From Fastidiosibacter lacustris (GTDB lineage Bacteria; Pseudomonadota; Gammaproteobacteria; Francisellales; Francisellaceae), in contig NZ_QLIR01000006.1 of the NCBI RefSeq assembly GCF_003428155.1, positions 60,001 through 92,000 on the forward strand: a DNA stretch of 32,000 nucleotides. Reading direction: 5' to 3'. A program made the position numbers and the translations under genes. The notes beneath the pieces were generated by a model. That model ran no database searches, had not been told where the DNA came from, and was given only the letters and a program-made list of their open reading frames with translations. This document shows, one piece after another, positions 19,339 to 30,839 of the stretch (within the stretch, counting starts at the first letter, position 1; each line of letters begins with the position of its first letter).

Positions 19339-19875
19339 ATGTCTAGAATTGGTAAAAAGCCTGTTGCTATTCCTAGTGGTGTAACGGTTGCAGTGGCAAG
19401 AGATAATTTTGTGACTGTAAAAGGTGCTAAAGGCGAGTTAGTTAAAAAAATTAATAATGCGGTAACAATTGAAGTTGCAGATAAAGTGGTTAACGTTAAA
19501 GCGAATGACGACTCTAAAAGTGCAAACATGCAATCAGGTACAGCGCGCGCCTTGATTAACAATATGATTGTTGGTGTGAGCCAAGGCTTCGAGAGGAAAT
19601 TACAATTGGTTGGTGTGGGATACCGTGCTAAAGCCCAAGGTAATAGTGTCAACTTAACGCTTGGCTTTTCCCATCCGGTTGATCACGAATTACCTAAAGG
19701 TGTAACAGTTGAGACGCCTTCTCAAACTGAAATTGTTTTGAAGAGTGCAAATAAAGAGCTACTTGGTAAAGTTGCAGCAGACATTCGTTCATATCGTGAA
19801 CCTGAGGTTTATAAAGGCAAAGGTGTTCGTTATGCGAATGAAAAAGTCATAACCAAAGAAGCTAAGAAAAAATAA
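19339..19875 (+). CDS. rplF: 50S ribosomal protein L6
   Basis: [14 protein letters not shown] start. Confidence 0.98.
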   Translation: MSRIGKKPVAIPSGVTVAVARDNFVTVKGAKGELVKKINNAVTIEVADKVVNVKANDDSKSANMQSGTARALINNMIVGVSQGFERKLQLVGVGYRAKAQGNSVNLTLGFSHPVDHELPKGVTVETPSQTEIVLKSANKELLGKVAADIRSYREPEVYKGKGVRYANEKVITKEAKKK

Positions 19876-19889
19876 GTGAGTAGAGAGCT

Positions 19890-20243
19890 ATGGATAAAAA
19901 AAATGCTCGTTTACGTCGTGCGAAGCGTACGCGAATCAAACTAAAAGAACTAAATCAAGTTCGTCTATGTATACATAGGACTCCAAGACATATGTATGCA
20001 CAAATTATTTCTGGTGATGGTTCACAGGTTTTGGTGCAGGCGTCAACACTTGAGGAAGCTGTGAAAAAAGATTGTGCTTATACTGGTAACGTTGCTTCTG
20101 CAACGGTTGTTGGTAAATTCATTGCACAGCGCGCTATTGAAAAAGGTATTGAGCAAATTGCTTTTGACCGTTCAGGTTTTAGATATCATGGGCGTGTTAA
20201 AGCATTGGCTGATTCAGCTAGAGAAAATGGTTTGAAATTTTAA
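19890..20243 (+). CDS. rplR: 50S ribosomal protein L18
   Basis: R.R.R..I block, [28 protein letters not shown]. Confidence 0.98.
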   Translation: MDKKNARLRRAKRTRIKLKELNQVRLCIHRTPRHMYAQIISGDGSQVLVQASTLEEAVKKDCAYTGNVASATVVGKFIAQRAIEKGIEQIAFDRSGFRYHGRVKALADSARENGLKF

Positions 20244-20259
20244 TTAAAGGCGACTGATA

Positions 20260-20760
20260 ATGGCAGATAATATGCAAAAAACTGACGGCTTGATTGAAAA
20301 GTTAGTCAGTGTTAAAAGACATGCCAAAACAGTAAAAGGTGGTAGAATCATGAGCTTTGCTGCCTTAGTTGTTGTTGGTGATGGAAGTGGTCGAGTGGGT
20401 ATTGGGCGTGGTAAGTCTCGTGAAGTACCGGTTGCTATTCAAAAAGCGATGGAAAATGCGCGTCGTAATATGGTAACAGTGAACTTAAATGGTGATACAT
20501 TATGGTATCCAACAACTGCAAGTCATGGTGCTTCTAAAGTATTTATGCAGCCAGCTTCCCCTGGTACAGGTATCATTGCAGGAGGAGCTATGCGTGCAGT
20601 ATTTGAAGTAGTGGGTGTTCATAACGTTTTAGCTAAAACCTATGGTTCAACCAACCCAATTAACGTTGTTCGTGCAACAATCAATGGTATGACTAAGCTT
20701 AAATCTCCAGAAGAGATTGCTGAAAAGCGTGGTTTGTCTATTGAAGAAATTCAAGGGTAA
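20260..20760 (+). CDS. rpsE: 30S ribosomal protein S5
   Basis: [31 protein letters not shown]. Confidence 0.98.
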   Translation: MADNMQKTDGLIEKLVSVKRHAKTVKGGRIMSFAALVVVGDGSGRVGIGRGKSREVPVAIQKAMENARRNMVTVNLNGDTLWYPTTASHGASKVFMQPASPGTGIIAGGAMRAVFEVVGVHNVLAKTYGSTNPINVVRATINGMTKLKSPEEIAEKRGLSIEEIQG

Positions 20761-20765
20761 GGACT

Positions 20766-20951
20766 ATGACTGATAACAAAACATTTAAAGTAACCCTTAT
20801 TAAAAGCTTAATAGGTCGTCACGAAAAGCACAAGGCATGTGCAAACGGCTTGGGTTTACGTAAAGTTCACCAATCTGTAGAAGTGATTGATACACTTGCT
20901 AATCGTGGCATGGCGAATAAAATCTACTACATGGTGAAAATAGAGGGGTGA
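20766..20951 (+). CDS. rpmD: 50S ribosomal protein L30
   Basis: 61 aa, K.T...S.IGR...HKA...GLGLR, expected position. Confidence 0.96.
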   Translation: MTDNKTFKVTLIKSLIGRHEKHKACANGLGLRKVHQSVEVIDTLANRGMANKIYYMVKIEG

Positions 20952-20956
20952 TTTCA

Positions 20957-21388
20957 ATGAGATTAAATACGATTTCTCCAGCTGAAGGTTCAAAATCTGC
21001 AGCTAAACGCCTTGGTCGTGGAATTGGCAGTGGTTTTGGTAAGACTGCTGGTCGTGGTCACAAAGGTCAAAAAGCACGCGCTGGTGGCTACCATAAAGTT
21101 GGTTTTGAAGGTGGTCAGATGCCACTTCAAAGACGATTGCCTAAGTTTGGTTTTACTTCACGTAAGGCAAAATACGTTGCTGAAATTAGGTTACATGAAT
21201 TAAATGCAATTGAAGCAGATGTAATTAATTTGGATGCGTTAAAAGACGCAGGTATAGTTCGTAAGGATATGCTTGCAGCACGTATTATTGCAAGTGGTGA
21301 AATCAACAAGGCAGTAACCATTAATGGTCTACACTGTACTAAAGGTGCGAAGGCTGCTATTGAAACAGCTGGTGGAAAGGTAGAGTAA
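20957..21388 (+). CDS. rplO: 50S ribosomal protein L15
   Basis: ATG at 20957 gives [26 protein letters not shown], nearly identical to the E. coli L15 start. Confidence 0.98.
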   Translation: MRLNTISPAEGSKSAAKRLGRGIGSGFGKTAGRGHKGQKARAGGYHKVGFEGGQMPLQRRLPKFGFTSRKAKYVAEIRLHELNAIEADVINLDALKDAGIVRKDMLAARIIASGEINKAVTINGLHCTKGAKAAIETAGGKVE

Positions 21389-21395
21389 TATTGCT

Positions 21396-22727
21396 ATGGC
21401 AACAAAAAATCTTAAAAGAGGTGGTGGTCTTCGCGAATTAAGACAACGCCTTCTTTTTGTCTTATTAGGCATTATTGTCTTTAGACTAGGTGTCTATATC
21501 CCTATTCCGTACATTGATGCAGATCAGCTGGCTAAGCTTATGTCAGCACAATCAGCAGGTGGTAATGGCTTACTGAGTATGTTTAATATGTTCTCAGGTG
21601 GTGCGCTTGAAAAGTTGAGTATATTTGCGTTGGGTGTAATGCCCTATATTTCTGCATCGATTATCTTCCAAATGATGAGTGCTGTATCGCCAAAGTTGAT
21701 GGAGCTTAAAAAGGAAGGCGAGTCGGGACAAAAGAAAATAACGCAATATACCAGATATGCAACTTTTGTTTTGGCGCTAATACAGTCATTTGGTATTGCA
21801 GTGTATACTTTTAATCAGCCTGGATTAGTGGATATTGATTCAAGATTTTTGTTCTATTTTGCTGCTATTGTCTCAATGACTACAGGTAGTATGTTCTTGA
21901 TGTGGTTGGGTGAACAGATGACTGAGCGAGGAATTGGTAATGGTATTTCATTACTGATTTTCTCAGGGATCGTTGCCAATTTACCATTTGAGGTGAGTAC
22001 AACAATTTCACAAGCAAACCAAGGAATGATTTCGTACCTGACTGTTTGGGTGTTGTTAATTATTTTGTTGGCTGTTGTTGCTTTTGTCGTGTTTGTGGAA
22101 CGTGCGCAGCGTCGTATTACGGTAAATTATGCTAAACGTCAGCAAGGTCGTAAAATGATGGCGCCACAAACAAGTCATTTACCATTAAAACTAAATATGG
22201 CAGGTGTGATCCCACCAATTTTTGCTTCATCTATTTTGATGGTTCCTGGCATGCTTTCTAATTGGTTTGCTTCTTCGCCATCATTGGGATGGTTAGCAGA
22301 AATAGGCGAAGCACTACAACCAGGTAGCTTGCTGTATACTTTAATTTTTGCAGCAGCGATTATATTTTTCTGCTTTTTTTATACAGCGCTTGTTTTTAAT
22401 CCAAAAGAAACGGCAGATAACCTTAAAAGATCCGGTGCCTTTATTACTGGCGTGCGTCCAGGTGAGCAAACAGCAAAATACATTGATTCAGTGATGAGTA
22501 AATTGACTTTGATTGGTTCAATTTACATTACTGCAATTTGTTTGCTACCAATTTTCATTATGAATTTTTTTGGTCATGGGTTGTCATTTACATTTGGTGG
22601 AACTTCATTATTGATCGTGGTTGTGGTAATCATGGATTTTATGGCACAAGTTCAATCTCATATGATGTCAACGCAATATGATTCATTATTGAAAAAGGCA
22701 AATTTAAGTAATTACGGTAAATTATAG
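21396..22727 (+). CDS. secY: Protein translocase subunit SecY
   Basis: 443 aa, 10-TM profile, with conserved blocks such as [10 protein letters not shown] and [10 protein letters not shown]. Sits between rplO and rpmJ. Confidence 0.98.
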   Translation: MATKNLKRGGGLRELRQRLLFVLLGIIVFRLGVYIPIPYIDADQLAKLMSAQSAGGNGLLSMFNMFSGGALEKLSIFALGVMPYISASIIFQMMSAVSPKLMELKKEGESGQKKITQYTRYATFVLALIQSFGIAVYTFNQPGLVDIDSRFLFYFAAIVSMTTGSMFLMWLGEQMTERGIGNGISLLIFSGIVANLPFEVSTTISQANQGMISYLTVWVLLIILLAVVAFVVFVERAQRRITVNYAKRQQGRKMMAPQTSHLPLKLNMAGVIPPIFASSILMVPGMLSNWFASSPSLGWLAEIGEALQPGSLLYTLIFAAAIIFFCFFYTALVFNPKETADNLKRSGAFITGVRPGEQTAKYIDSVMSKLTLIGSIYITAICLLPIFIMNFFGHGLSFTFGGTSLLIVVVVIMDFMAQVQSHMMSTQYDSLLKKANLSNYGKL

Positions 22728-22751
22728 TTTTAACAAAAATGAGGTAATACA

Positions 22752-22865
22752 ATGAAAGTCAGAGCTTCCGTAAAGAAGATGTGCAGAAACTGTAAAGTGA
22801 TAAAGCGCAATCGTGTGGTTCGTGTGATTTGTACTGATCCAAGACATAAACAGCGTCAAGGTTAA
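22752..22865 (+). CDS. rpmJ: 50S ribosomal protein L36 (Zn-ribbon form)
   Basis: Not in the ORF track because it is below the size cutoff. ATG at 22752 gives [37 protein letters not shown], then TAA. GAGG Shine-Dalgarno upstream. Confidence 0.95.
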
Positions 22866-22975
22866 TAATTAAACATGGCGACTTGCTTTTTCAACTGAAA
22901 AAAGGTATCTTTGTCCGCCGTGAGAATTTTACTAACAATTTTAAGATATTAATAAAGTAAAACGGAGTATTGTGA

Positions 22976-23332
22976 ATGGCTCGTATAGCTGGGATTAACG
23001 TTCCTGATCATAAACATGCTGATATTGCCTTAACAGCAATCTATGGTATTGGACGTCCGCGTGCACTTAAAATTTGTGCAGCATGCAACATTGAACCAAG
23101 CAAAAAAGTCAAAGACTTGACAGAAGAGCAGATCGAGTTATTGAGAACTGAGATTGCTAAGTTTACAGTAGAAGGTGATCTACGTCGTGAAGTATCAATG
23201 AACATTAAGCGTTTAATGGACTTAGGTACATATCGTGGTCGTAGACATCGTCGCAATCTGCCTGTAAGAGGTCAACGTACGAAGACAAATGCTCGTACAC
23301 GCAAGGGACCAAGAAAGCCAATTAAGGCATAA
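22976..23332 (+). CDS. rpsM: 30S ribosomal protein S13
   Basis: [10 protein letters not shown] start, GIG block, [23 protein letters not shown]. Confidence 0.98.
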   Translation: MARIAGINVPDHKHADIALTAIYGIGRPRALKICAACNIEPSKKVKDLTEEQIELLRTEIAKFTVEGDLRREVSMNIKRLMDLGTYRGRRHRRNLPVRGQRTKTNARTRKGPRKPIKA

Positions 23333-23367
23333 GTACAATTATAACAAAACAAATAGGAATCGAACTT

Positions 23368-23754
23368 ATGGCAAAAGCTGTAAAGCCTAAGAAAAAAGTC
23401 AAAAAGAGCGTGCCTGATGCAATTGCACACATTCATGCTTCTTTTAACAACACGATTATTACTATTACAGATCGTCAAGGTAATGCCTTATCTTGGGCAA
23501 CTTCTGGCGGTAGTGGTTTTAGAGGTTCTCGTAAAAGTACACCTTTTGCAGCACAGGTTGCTGCTGAGCGTGCAGGTGAACTAGCGCTTGAATATGGTGT
23601 AAAAAATGTTGATGTATTGGTGAAGGGTCCGGGTCCTGGACGTGAATCTGCAGTACGTGCTTTAAACGCGAAAGGCTTTAAGGTAACAAGTATTACAGAC
23701 GTAACACCATTACCACATAATGGTTGTCGTCCTCCGAAAAAACGTCGTGTGTAA
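23368..23754 (+). CDS. rpsK: 30S ribosomal protein S11
   Basis: [16 protein letters not shown]...W...[14 protein letters not shown]. Confidence 0.98.
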   Translation: MAKAVKPKKKVKKSVPDAIAHIHASFNNTIITITDRQGNALSWATSGGSGFRGSRKSTPFAAQVAAERAGELALEYGVKNVDVLVKGPGPGRESAVRALNAKGFKVTSITDVTPLPHNGCRPPKKRRV

Positions 23755-23771
23755 GATTTAAGGTAAGTAAA

Positions 23772-24392
23772 ATGGCTAGATACTTAGGACCTAAGTGTAA
23801 GCTTTCTCGTCGAGAAGGCACGGATCTTCAGCTAAAAAGCGGTGTGAGATCAATTGAAGAGAAATGCAAAATTAATACGCAACCTGGTCAGCATGGTGCA
23901 AAAAGAGCGCGTCTTTCTGATTATGGTTTGCAATTGCGTGAGAAACAAAAAGTGCGTCGTATTTATGGCATACTTGAGAACCAATTTAAAAAATATTATA
24001 CAGAAGCAGCAAGGCGTAAAGGTAATACAGGTGCTAACTTGTTAGAGCTTTTAGAAGGTCGTTTGGATAACGTTGTTTATAGAATGGGCTTTGGATCAAC
24101 GCGTGCAGAGGCACGTCAGTTGGTGACTCACAAAGGTGTTTTAGTAAATGGTAAGACTTGTAACATTCCTTCTTTTAATTTAAGCGCAGGTGATACGATT
24201 GCTGTGCGTGAAAAATCTAAGAAGCAACTGCGCATTCAAAGTGCGTTAGAGTTATCTAAGCAACGTGGATCTGTTTCTTGGATTGAAGTAAATGAAGCCA
24301 AGCTTGAAGGTGTATTTAAATCTAAACCTGAACGTGCTGAATTACCTGCAGACATCAACGAGCAACTTATCGTCGAGCTATATTCTAAATAA
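23772..24392 (+). CDS. rpsD: 30S ribosomal protein S4
   Basis: ATG at 23772 gives [19 protein letters not shown]. The track start at 23724 overlaps rpsK and is rejected. Confidence 0.98.
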   Translation: MARYLGPKCKLSRREGTDLQLKSGVRSIEEKCKINTQPGQHGAKRARLSDYGLQLREKQKVRRIYGILENQFKKYYTEAARRKGNTGANLLELLEGRLDNVVYRMGFGSTRAEARQLVTHKGVLVNGKTCNIPSFNLSAGDTIAVREKSKKQLRIQSALELSKQRGSVSWIEVNEAKLEGVFKSKPERAELPADINEQLIVELYSK

Positions 24393-24413
24393 TAGATAAA
24401 CGGAGAGCAGTTA

Positions 24414-25391
24414 ATGCATACTTGTCCAACTGAAGTTTACAAACCACAAATTAGCAGTATTACTGAAGTTAAGCGCAACTGCTTTAGCATTGTGCTTGAA
24501 CCATTTGCTGTTGGTTTTGGTCATGTAATGGGGAATGCTCTCAGAAGAATTTTACTATCTTCCATTCCAGGTGCTGCTATTACTGAAGTTCAAATTGAAA
24601 GGGCTTTACATGAGTACTGCACACTGGAAGGTGTTCAAGAAGACGTTGTTGAGATTCTACTTAATTTAAAAAAGCTTGCTGTTAGTTTGGAAAATGACGT
24701 TGAAGAAGCCTATTTAACTCTGGAGAAAAAAGGGTCTGCAAAAGTTACTGCTGCAGATTTAGGAGCAAGCGGTAATGTGGATGTGGCTGATCCTGATTAT
24801 GTGATTGCGCATTTAAACGAAGGTGGACATATCAATATGTTGGTCAAAGTAGCGCAAGGTCGTGGATTTGTACCTTCAACGGTATATAGTCAATCACCTG
24901 AAGAAGAACTTTTGGTTGGTCACATCCCATTAGACGCTTCTTTTAATCCAGTGTTAGATGTTTCTTTTACTGTTAAGGCTTTAGATAACAGTAGTGAAAA
25001 GCTCGAAATTTTTATGCGTACTAAAGGTACGATTAAGCCAGAGGTGGCAATCGAGACGGCGATGACTTATTTCTATGAGCAAATTGCTGTTTTTGTAGAT
25101 TTAAAAGCACCTTTGGGTCGTAAGATGACTCAGGATACGCCTGAAATCGACCCTTTACTACTTAGACCGGTTGAAGATTTGGAGTTAACGGTTAGATCAG
25201 CTAATTGCTTAAAAGCACAAAATATCCGCTATTTGGGTGATTTAGTGCAATTCCCTGAATCTGACTTAATGCGTATCCCTAATTTAGGGCGTAAGTCTTT
25301 GAATGAAATTAAATCTGTGCTGGCAGAACGTGGCCTTTCTTTGGGTGTTAGAATTGACAACTGGCCGCCAGAACAATTGAGTAATAAGTAA
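24414..25391 (+). CDS. rpoA: DNA-directed RNA polymerase alpha subunit
   Basis: LEP...[23 protein letters not shown]-terminal block. C-terminal domain [12 protein letters not shown]...I.Y.GDLV. Confidence 0.98.
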   Translation: MHTCPTEVYKPQISSITEVKRNCFSIVLEPFAVGFGHVMGNALRRILLSSIPGAAITEVQIERALHEYCTLEGVQEDVVEILLNLKKLAVSLENDVEEAYLTLEKKGSAKVTAADLGASGNVDVADPDYVIAHLNEGGHINMLVKVAQGRGFVPSTVYSQSPEEELLVGHIPLDASFNPVLDVSFTVKALDNSSEKLEIFMRTKGTIKPEVAIETAMTYFYEQIAVFVDLKAPLGRKMTQDTPEIDPLLLRPVEDLELTVRSANCLKAQNIRYLGDLVQFPESDLMRIPNLGRKSLNEIKSVLAERGLSLGVRIDNWPPEQLSNK

Positions 25392-25418
25392 TATAATTTT
25401 AACTAGAAGGAAATTACT

Positions 25419-25862
25419 ATGCGTCATCGTAAGAGTGGTCGTAAGTTTAATAGAACAAGCAGCCATCGCAAAGCGATGTTTAGAAACATGTCAGCGTCTC
25501 TATTAAAGCACGAGCTGATTAAAACTACGCTTCCTAAAGCAAAAGAGCTAAGGGGTTTTGTTGAGCCTTTAATTACTCTAGCTAAGCGTGAAGTTGAATT
25601 GCGCAAGAGCGATATTGACCTGGCCAGCAATGAGTTTAAAGCACAAGTTGTTGCTTTAAGACGTCAAGCGTTTAGCTTTTTGCGTAACAAAGAGGCAGTC
25701 AAAAAGTTGTTTGAAGAAATCGCTCAGCGTTATGAAGCACGTCCAGGTGGTTATACACGTGTGCTTAAGTGTGGTTATCGTTTTGGTGATAAGGCGCCAA
25801 TGGCATTTATTGAGCTTGTTGATCGTCCTCAATCAGAAATTGAAAATGTTGTAGAAGCATAA
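25419..25862 (+). CDS. rplQ: 50S ribosomal protein L17 (147 aa, longer than the E. coli form)
   Basis: [24 protein letters not shown] start and GGYTR.LK.G.R.GD.APMA.IELVDR end. Confidence 0.98.
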   Translation: MRHRKSGRKFNRTSSHRKAMFRNMSASLLKHELIKTTLPKAKELRGFVEPLITLAKREVELRKSDIDLASNEFKAQVVALRRQAFSFLRNKEAVKKLFEEIAQRYEARPGGYTRVLKCGYRFGDKAPMAFIELVDRPQSEIENVVEA

Positions 25863-25886
25863 TCAATATAAGCTTACTAAAATATT

Positions 25887-25911
25887 AAGCCCACTTAAGT
25901 GGGCTTTTTTA
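25887..25911 (+). terminator. Rho-independent terminator of the alpha operon
   Basis: AAGCCCAC, TTAA loop, GTGGGCTT, followed by a T-run. Confidence 0.85.
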
Positions 25912-25990
25912 TTTCTAATTCTCTTGACATTGACTAAGTTCAGTCTCAGGCTTATTCAAATTATTTAGGTGTAATCATGAAGATAACTGG

Positions 25991-26890
25991 ATGAAGAGAA
26001 TATTAATTGCTGGTGGTTCAGGTTTTATTGGTAGAAATTTAGTACATCATCTAAAAAAAGAGGGTTATTTTGTAATACTTTTAAGTCGTACACCAAGGTT
26101 GATTAATGGGTATGATCAAGTGATAACTTGGGACGAAATTATACCTGAACAAATAGCGACATTTGATGTTGTGATTAATTTGTGTGGTTACGGCATCAGT
26201 GAAAAAAAGTGGTCACCACAAATTAAAAATAAGATTGTTAATAGTCGAGTTGAGACGACAGAATACTTAATTAAACTGATTGGGGATAATGATATATGGC
26301 TTATTAATGCCAGTGCAATTGGCTTTTACCCTTTTTCTTTTAAGCTCCAAAATGAAGATAATATTGAGGTATTATCAAAGCATAATACAGGCTTCTGTCA
26401 ATATATTGCAAAGCAATGGGAGGCAGTAGTTATAGGTTCAAGACTAAGACGCAAGACTATCTTGCGCTTTGGAGTAGTCTTGGGGAAAGGTGGTATGCTT
26501 AATCAGTTATTATCTAGTGTTAAAATGGGCATGGGTGCAAGAATTGGTGATGGTCAGCAGTTGATGTCTTGGGTGCATATCAATGACTTATGCCGTGCGC
26601 TGCTATTTTTACTAACAATAGATGCTGTTAATACAACTTTTAATATCGTCGCGCCTAATGCCTGTACACAAGCTAAATTTATGCGAATACTTTGCCAAAA
26701 AATGAATAAGCGTCAATGGTTTGTTATCCCAAAATTTATGGTCAAACTCATGTTTGGACAAATGGGAAATGAGTTGCTATTAGCTTCGCATTGTATCGAA
26801 CCTAAACGGTTACAAAATTTAGAATTTAAGTTTATATATCCAACCATTGAATTAGCATTAGAAAGTATTGTAAAAGAGACCCAAACTTAA
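25991..26890 (+). CDS. TIGR01777/YfcH-like NAD-dependent epimerase family protein (SDR fold plus DUF1731-type C-terminus)
   Basis: ILIAGGSGFIGRNL Rossmann start. Length and collinearity resemble E. coli YfcH, including NL.G..I.....W...K......SR. Confidence 0.75.
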   Translation: MKRILIAGGSGFIGRNLVHHLKKEGYFVILLSRTPRLINGYDQVITWDEIIPEQIATFDVVINLCGYGISEKKWSPQIKNKIVNSRVETTEYLIKLIGDNDIWLINASAIGFYPFSFKLQNEDNIEVLSKHNTGFCQYIAKQWEAVVIGSRLRRKTILRFGVVLGKGGMLNQLLSSVKMGMGARIGDGQQLMSWVHINDLCRALLFLLTIDAVNTTFNIVAPNACTQAKFMRILCQKMNKRQWFVIPKFMVKLMFGQMGNELLLASHCIEPKRLQNLEFKFIYPTIELALESIVKETQT

Positions 26891-26983
26891 ACTCGAGAAT
26901 TGGTTCAAATTGACTTAATTAGTTATCCTGTAAAATTTGCATTATTAATTGATACAGGAGAAAGAGAAGCAAGTAGGTGATAT

Positions 26984-27973
26984 GTGAAAACAGTAACGTC
27001 ACAATATAGAGAATATGATAAATACGCAGTCTTATTAGTTAATCTAGGCACTCCAGACTCGTACACAGTAAAAGACGTAAAACAGTATTTAAAACAATTC
27101 TTATCGGATAGACGAGTTATTGAATTAACCCCTTTAATTTGGCAATTGATTTTAAGATTATTAGTTCTGCCATTTCGTTCTCCTAAAACTGCAAAGCTTT
27201 ATCAAAAAGTTTGGTTGAAAGAAAAAAACCTTTCACCGCTTATGTATTACACTCAAATGCAAACTAAGAGGCTAGCACAAGCAATAGATAACGATGTTAT
27301 CGTTGACTTCGCCATGCGTTATGGTGAGCCTTCAATAGAAGCAAAAATCCATAGCTTACAAGCACAAGGCGTAACAACAATTAAAGTATTTCCTTTATAC
27401 CCACAGTATTCTGCTACAACGACAGCTTCTGTTTATGACGAAGTGTTTCGTGTGCTCAAAAAAATGCGTAATCAGCCTAACATTATTGGAGTTAAACCAT
27501 ATTACGCTCATCCACAGTATATTGAGGCATTAAAAAAGAGTGTTTTAACCTATATACCTAAGCTTAATTTTGCCCCAGATATTATTTTATTCTCTTTTCA
27601 TGGCATACCTAAACAATGCGTGGATAAGGGTGACCCCTACTATTGGCAGTGTCAAGAAACTTATCGTTTAGTTAAAAATGCGCTTTCTAACCTTAATATT
27701 GAGCTTAGGATGTCTTTTCAGTCGCGTTTTGGACCTAAAAAATGGTTAAGCCCTTATACAACAGATGTTTTAAAGATCCTTCCAACTGAAAATAAAAATA
27801 AAATTTTACTTGTTACTCCAGGGTTTGCGGCAGATTGTTTAGAAACATTAGAGGAGCTTAATGAAACCGAGCGTAAAACTTTTCTTCAGGCAGGGGGTAC
27901 GCATTATGCAGTTATGCCATGCTTAAATGATAGTGATGAACATATGGAGTTGTTAAAAACCTTGGCAAAATAA
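26984..27973 (+). CDS. hemH: Ferrochelatase
   Basis: [10 protein letters not shown]......V..YLK.FLSD.RV.E, PLYPQYS..TT and FS.HG.P blocks. GTG start behind AGGTGA. Confidence 0.93.
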   Translation: MKTVTSQYREYDKYAVLLVNLGTPDSYTVKDVKQYLKQFLSDRRVIELTPLIWQLILRLLVLPFRSPKTAKLYQKVWLKEKNLSPLMYYTQMQTKRLAQAIDNDVIVDFAMRYGEPSIEAKIHSLQAQGVTTIKVFPLYPQYSATTTASVYDEVFRVLKKMRNQPNIIGVKPYYAHPQYIEALKKSVLTYIPKLNFAPDIILFSFHGIPKQCVDKGDPYYWQCQETYRLVKNALSNLNIELRMSFQSRFGPKKWLSPYTTDVLKILPTENKNKILLVTPGFAADCLETLEELNETERKTFLQAGGTHYAVMPCLNDSDEHMELLKTLAK

Positions 27974-28019
27974 CAAAACTTTTATAGAATTGACCAGCTT
28001 TAAAACCTTGGAGAATGCT

Positions 28020-28232
28020 ATGGCTCGTGTAACAGTAGAAGATTGTTTAGAAAAAATAGATAGCCGTTTTGAGTTGATTGTATTAGCAGCAAAAAGGGCA
28101 CGTAATTTAATGTTAAGTGGTCAAGAACCGCGTGTCGAATGGGACAATGATAAAGCAACAGTTGTTGCTTTACGTGAAATTGCTGGTGGCAAGATATCTA
28201 AGTCAGAATTACGAGCACAGCAAGAATATTAG
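28020..28232 (+). CDS. rpoZ: DNA-directed RNA polymerase omega subunit
   Basis: ATG at 28020 gives [30 protein letters not shown], close to the E. coli RpoZ start. GGAGA Shine-Dalgarno upstream. The track start at 27990 is rejected. Confidence 0.95.
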   Translation: MARVTVEDCLEKIDSRFELIVLAAKRARNLMLSGQEPRVEWDNDKATVVALREIAGGKISKSELRAQQEY

Positions 28233-28259
28233 AAAGTTCAAAAATAATAATTTTAGTGA

Positions 28260-28287
28260 TTGACTTTGTTTTTTTTGGCTCTATAAT
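28260..28287 (+). promoter_or_regulatory. Near-consensus sigma70 promoter for tRNA-Val
   Basis: TTGACT, 16-nt spacer, TATAAT. The -10 ends 14 nt before the tRNA 5' end. Confidence 0.65.
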
Positions 28288-28301
28288 TTGGTTTCGTTCT
28301 C

Positions 28302-28377
28302 GGGTGCTTAGCTCAGCTGGGAGAGCATCGCCCTTACAAGGCGAGGGTCGGGGGTTCGAACCCCTCAGCACCCACCA
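28302..28377 (+). tRNA. tRNA-Val (TAC)
   Basis: GGGTGCTTAGCTCAGCTGGGAGAGCATCGCCCTTACAAGGCGAGGGTCGGGGGTTCGAACCCCTCAGCACCCACCA. Folds as a cloverleaf with anticodon loop CTTACAA. Close to E. coli tRNA-Val(UAC). Confidence 0.96.
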
Positions 28378-28386
28378 GAGATTTTA

Positions 28387-28414
28387 AAAGGCTTCTAAGT
28401 GGAAGCCTTTTTTG
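28387..28414 (+). terminator. Rho-independent terminator after tRNA-Val
   Basis: AAAGGCTTC, TAAGTG loop, GAAGCCTTT, followed by TTTT. Confidence 0.8.
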
Positions 28415-28550
28415 TTTGCGTTATAAAGTGTATTTGCTTGTGTTTTGGGCACTTGTTTGTAACAATAACGCGACTCTTTGCTATTGTTTTATATTTAATA
28501 AAGCACTAGCTTATCGAGAGTAAGTACGATAAACCGAAAGGAGTAAAAAT

Positions 28551-28907
28551 ATGAAACATTATGAAATTGTGTTTATGGTTCATCCTGATCAAAGCGATCA
28601 GTTACAACAGATGTTGCAAAAATATCGTGAAATCATTGAGTCAACTGGCGGTAAGATTCATCGTCTAGAAGATTGGGGGCGTCGTCAACTTGCTTATCCA
28701 ATTGCAAAACTTCATAAAGCACATTACATCTTGATGAATATTGAATGTAATACTGAAGCATTGAATGAGCTAAATGATTCATTTAGATATAATGATGCGA
28801 TTCTTCGTCGTTTAGTTTTGAGTACTAAAGGTTCAATAATTGAACCCTCAGTGATGATGGCTAAAGATGAGAAAAAAGAAGTTAAAGAAACAGTTGATAC
28901 TGAGTAA
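28551..28907 (+). CDS. rpsF: 30S ribosomal protein S6
   Basis: [17 protein letters not shown] start and WG.R.LAYPI.K block. AAGGAG Shine-Dalgarno upstream. Confidence 0.98.
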   Translation: MKHYEIVFMVHPDQSDQLQQMLQKYREIIESTGGKIHRLEDWGRRQLAYPIAKLHKAHYILMNIECNTEALNELNDSFRYNDAILRRLVLSTKGSIIEPSVMMAKDEKKEVKETVDTE

Positions 28908-28917
28908 GGAGAGAACT

Positions 28918-29145
28918 ATGCGTGTAAATCGTCGTCGTAAAGTGTGTCGTTTTAGTGTTGAAGGCGTAAAAGAAATCGATTACAAAGATTTAAACACTTT
29001 AAAAGGATATATTACGGAAACCGGTAAAATCGTTCCAAGTCGTATTACAGGTACTTCAACTAAGTATCAGCGCCAACTTGCTACTGCAATTAAAAGAGCA
29101 AGATTCTTGGCGTTAATTCCATACTGTGATCGTCACTTTAATTAA
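28918..29145 (+). CDS. rpsR: 30S ribosomal protein S18
   Basis: ATG at 28918 gives [63 protein letters not shown]. The track start at 28867 overlaps rpsF and is rejected. Confidence 0.97.
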   Translation: MRVNRRRKVCRFSVEGVKEIDYKDLNTLKGYITETGKIVPSRITGTSTKYQRQLATAIKRARFLALIPYCDRHFN

Positions 29146-29168
29146 TACCAGCTAAGAGGTCTTTCACA

Positions 29169-29618
29169 ATGCAAGTTATTTTAAAGGAAAAAGTAGAAAA
29201 CCTAGGTGCTTTAGGTGATGTGGTAAATGTTAAGCCTGGCTATGCGCGTAACTATTTAGTACCTTATGGTAAAGCTGTTCAAGCAACTGAGCAAAACATT
29301 GCTACATTTGAGAAGCAAAAAGCAGAATTGCAACAAGCAGAAGCTGTCCGTTTGGCAGATGCTAAAGCAAAAGCAGAAAAAATTATAGGTCAAGTGTTCA
29401 CAATTGTTGCTCCTGCCGGAGATGGTGGTAAGCTATTTGGTTCGGTGGGTACGAAAGAAGTAGCTGAAGTGATCGCCAAAACCGTTGGTGTTGAAGTTGA
29501 GAAACGCCATGTGCGCATGCCAGAAGGTATTATTCGTTCGTTGGGTGAGTATAGTTTATTGGTTCATTTGCATACAGATGTAGATGCGGATATTCAGTTA
29601 ATTATTAAAGCTGAATAA
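29169..29618 (+). CDS. rplI: 50S ribosomal protein L9
   Basis: [34 protein letters not shown] start. Confidence 0.98.
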   Translation: MQVILKEKVENLGALGDVVNVKPGYARNYLVPYGKAVQATEQNIATFEKQKAELQQAEAVRLADAKAKAEKIIGQVFTIVAPAGDGGKLFGSVGTKEVAEVIAKTVGVEVEKRHVRMPEGIIRSLGEYSLLVHLHTDVDADIQLIIKAE

Positions 29619-29647
29619 AAAAGATATATAAAACGCTTTTATTATTT

Positions 29648-29671
29648 AAGCCGCAATTTTGCGGCTTTTTT
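29648..29671 (+). terminator. Terminator hairpin between convergent rplI and adk
   Basis: AAGCCGC, AATTTT loop, GCGGCTT, then TTTT on the plus strand. On the adk side it is preceded by an A-run, so it is at best partly bidirectional. Confidence 0.8.
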
Positions 29672-29675
29672 GTAG

Positions 29676-30409
<734 letters not shown>

Positions 30410-30440
30410 ATTAAAGTCTGAGATTTTTTTGTCACATTGC

Positions 30441-30599
30441 TTATTTGGTTCCTAGCCTAGGTTGTAACCATTTGAAGATATTATGGAGTTGAAAATTCAA
30501 AAATTTTCCAACTTCGCGATGTAAATCACTTGATATAGCCATCAATTCAATTAAAGTTTCAATTTCCATATTCATCATAGCTTCACATTGTGAATTCAT
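30441..30599 (-). CDS. Hypothetical 52-aa protein (MNSQCEAMMNMEIETLIELMAISSDLHREVGKFLNFQLHNIFKWLQPRLGTK)
   Basis: An ORF below the track cutoff, found by hand. It ends about 30 nt before the minus-strand terminator module. Only a weak Shine-Dalgarno (GAGA) is present. No family recognised. Confidence 0.25.
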   Translation of the reverse strand: MNSQCEAMMNMEIETLIELMAISSDLHREVGKFLNFQLHNIFKWLQPRLGTK

Positions 30600-30797
30600 A
30601 ATAAAGGGATTCTCACTTAATTAATAAAGCATTTCGGAAAAAAACTATTGCAATAGTATTCAATAATTGATACGCTTGATCGGAGTCATTATTAAGGTCA
30701 CCCCCATACCTTAATGCTAAACACCCCTCCCTACATGAAAAGGATTTACTCAACTAGCAAGGAAATGACTCAAGTCCCATTATTACCTGAGAACTCT

Positions 30798-30815
30798 ATC
30801 TTCTTTAAAGAAGAT
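30798..30815. repeat. Perfect 18-nt palindrome ATCTTCTTTAAAGAAGAT
   Basis: Direct reading. It lies immediately 5' of repeat copy B. Confidence 0.7.
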
Positions 30816-30818
30816 AAA

Positions 30819-30839
30819 AGGCATTATGCCTAATTTTTT
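30819..30839. repeat. Copy B of the 21-nt hairpin plus T-run module (AGGCATTATGCCTAATTTTTT); plus-strand terminator-like
   Basis: Exact reverse complement of 30389-30409. Confidence 0.75.

Noticed and set aside
30600-30800. Considered an RsmY/RsmZ (CsrB-type) RNA because of GGA motifs, and a type I toxin-antitoxin pair because a small ORF and an RNA are divergent.
   Set aside because: There are only about three GGA motifs, none clearly in a hairpin loop, and no recognisable LetA/GacA-type palindromic box upstream. The 52-aa peptide is not hydrophobic like type I toxins. It is kept only as a generic sRNA candidate.
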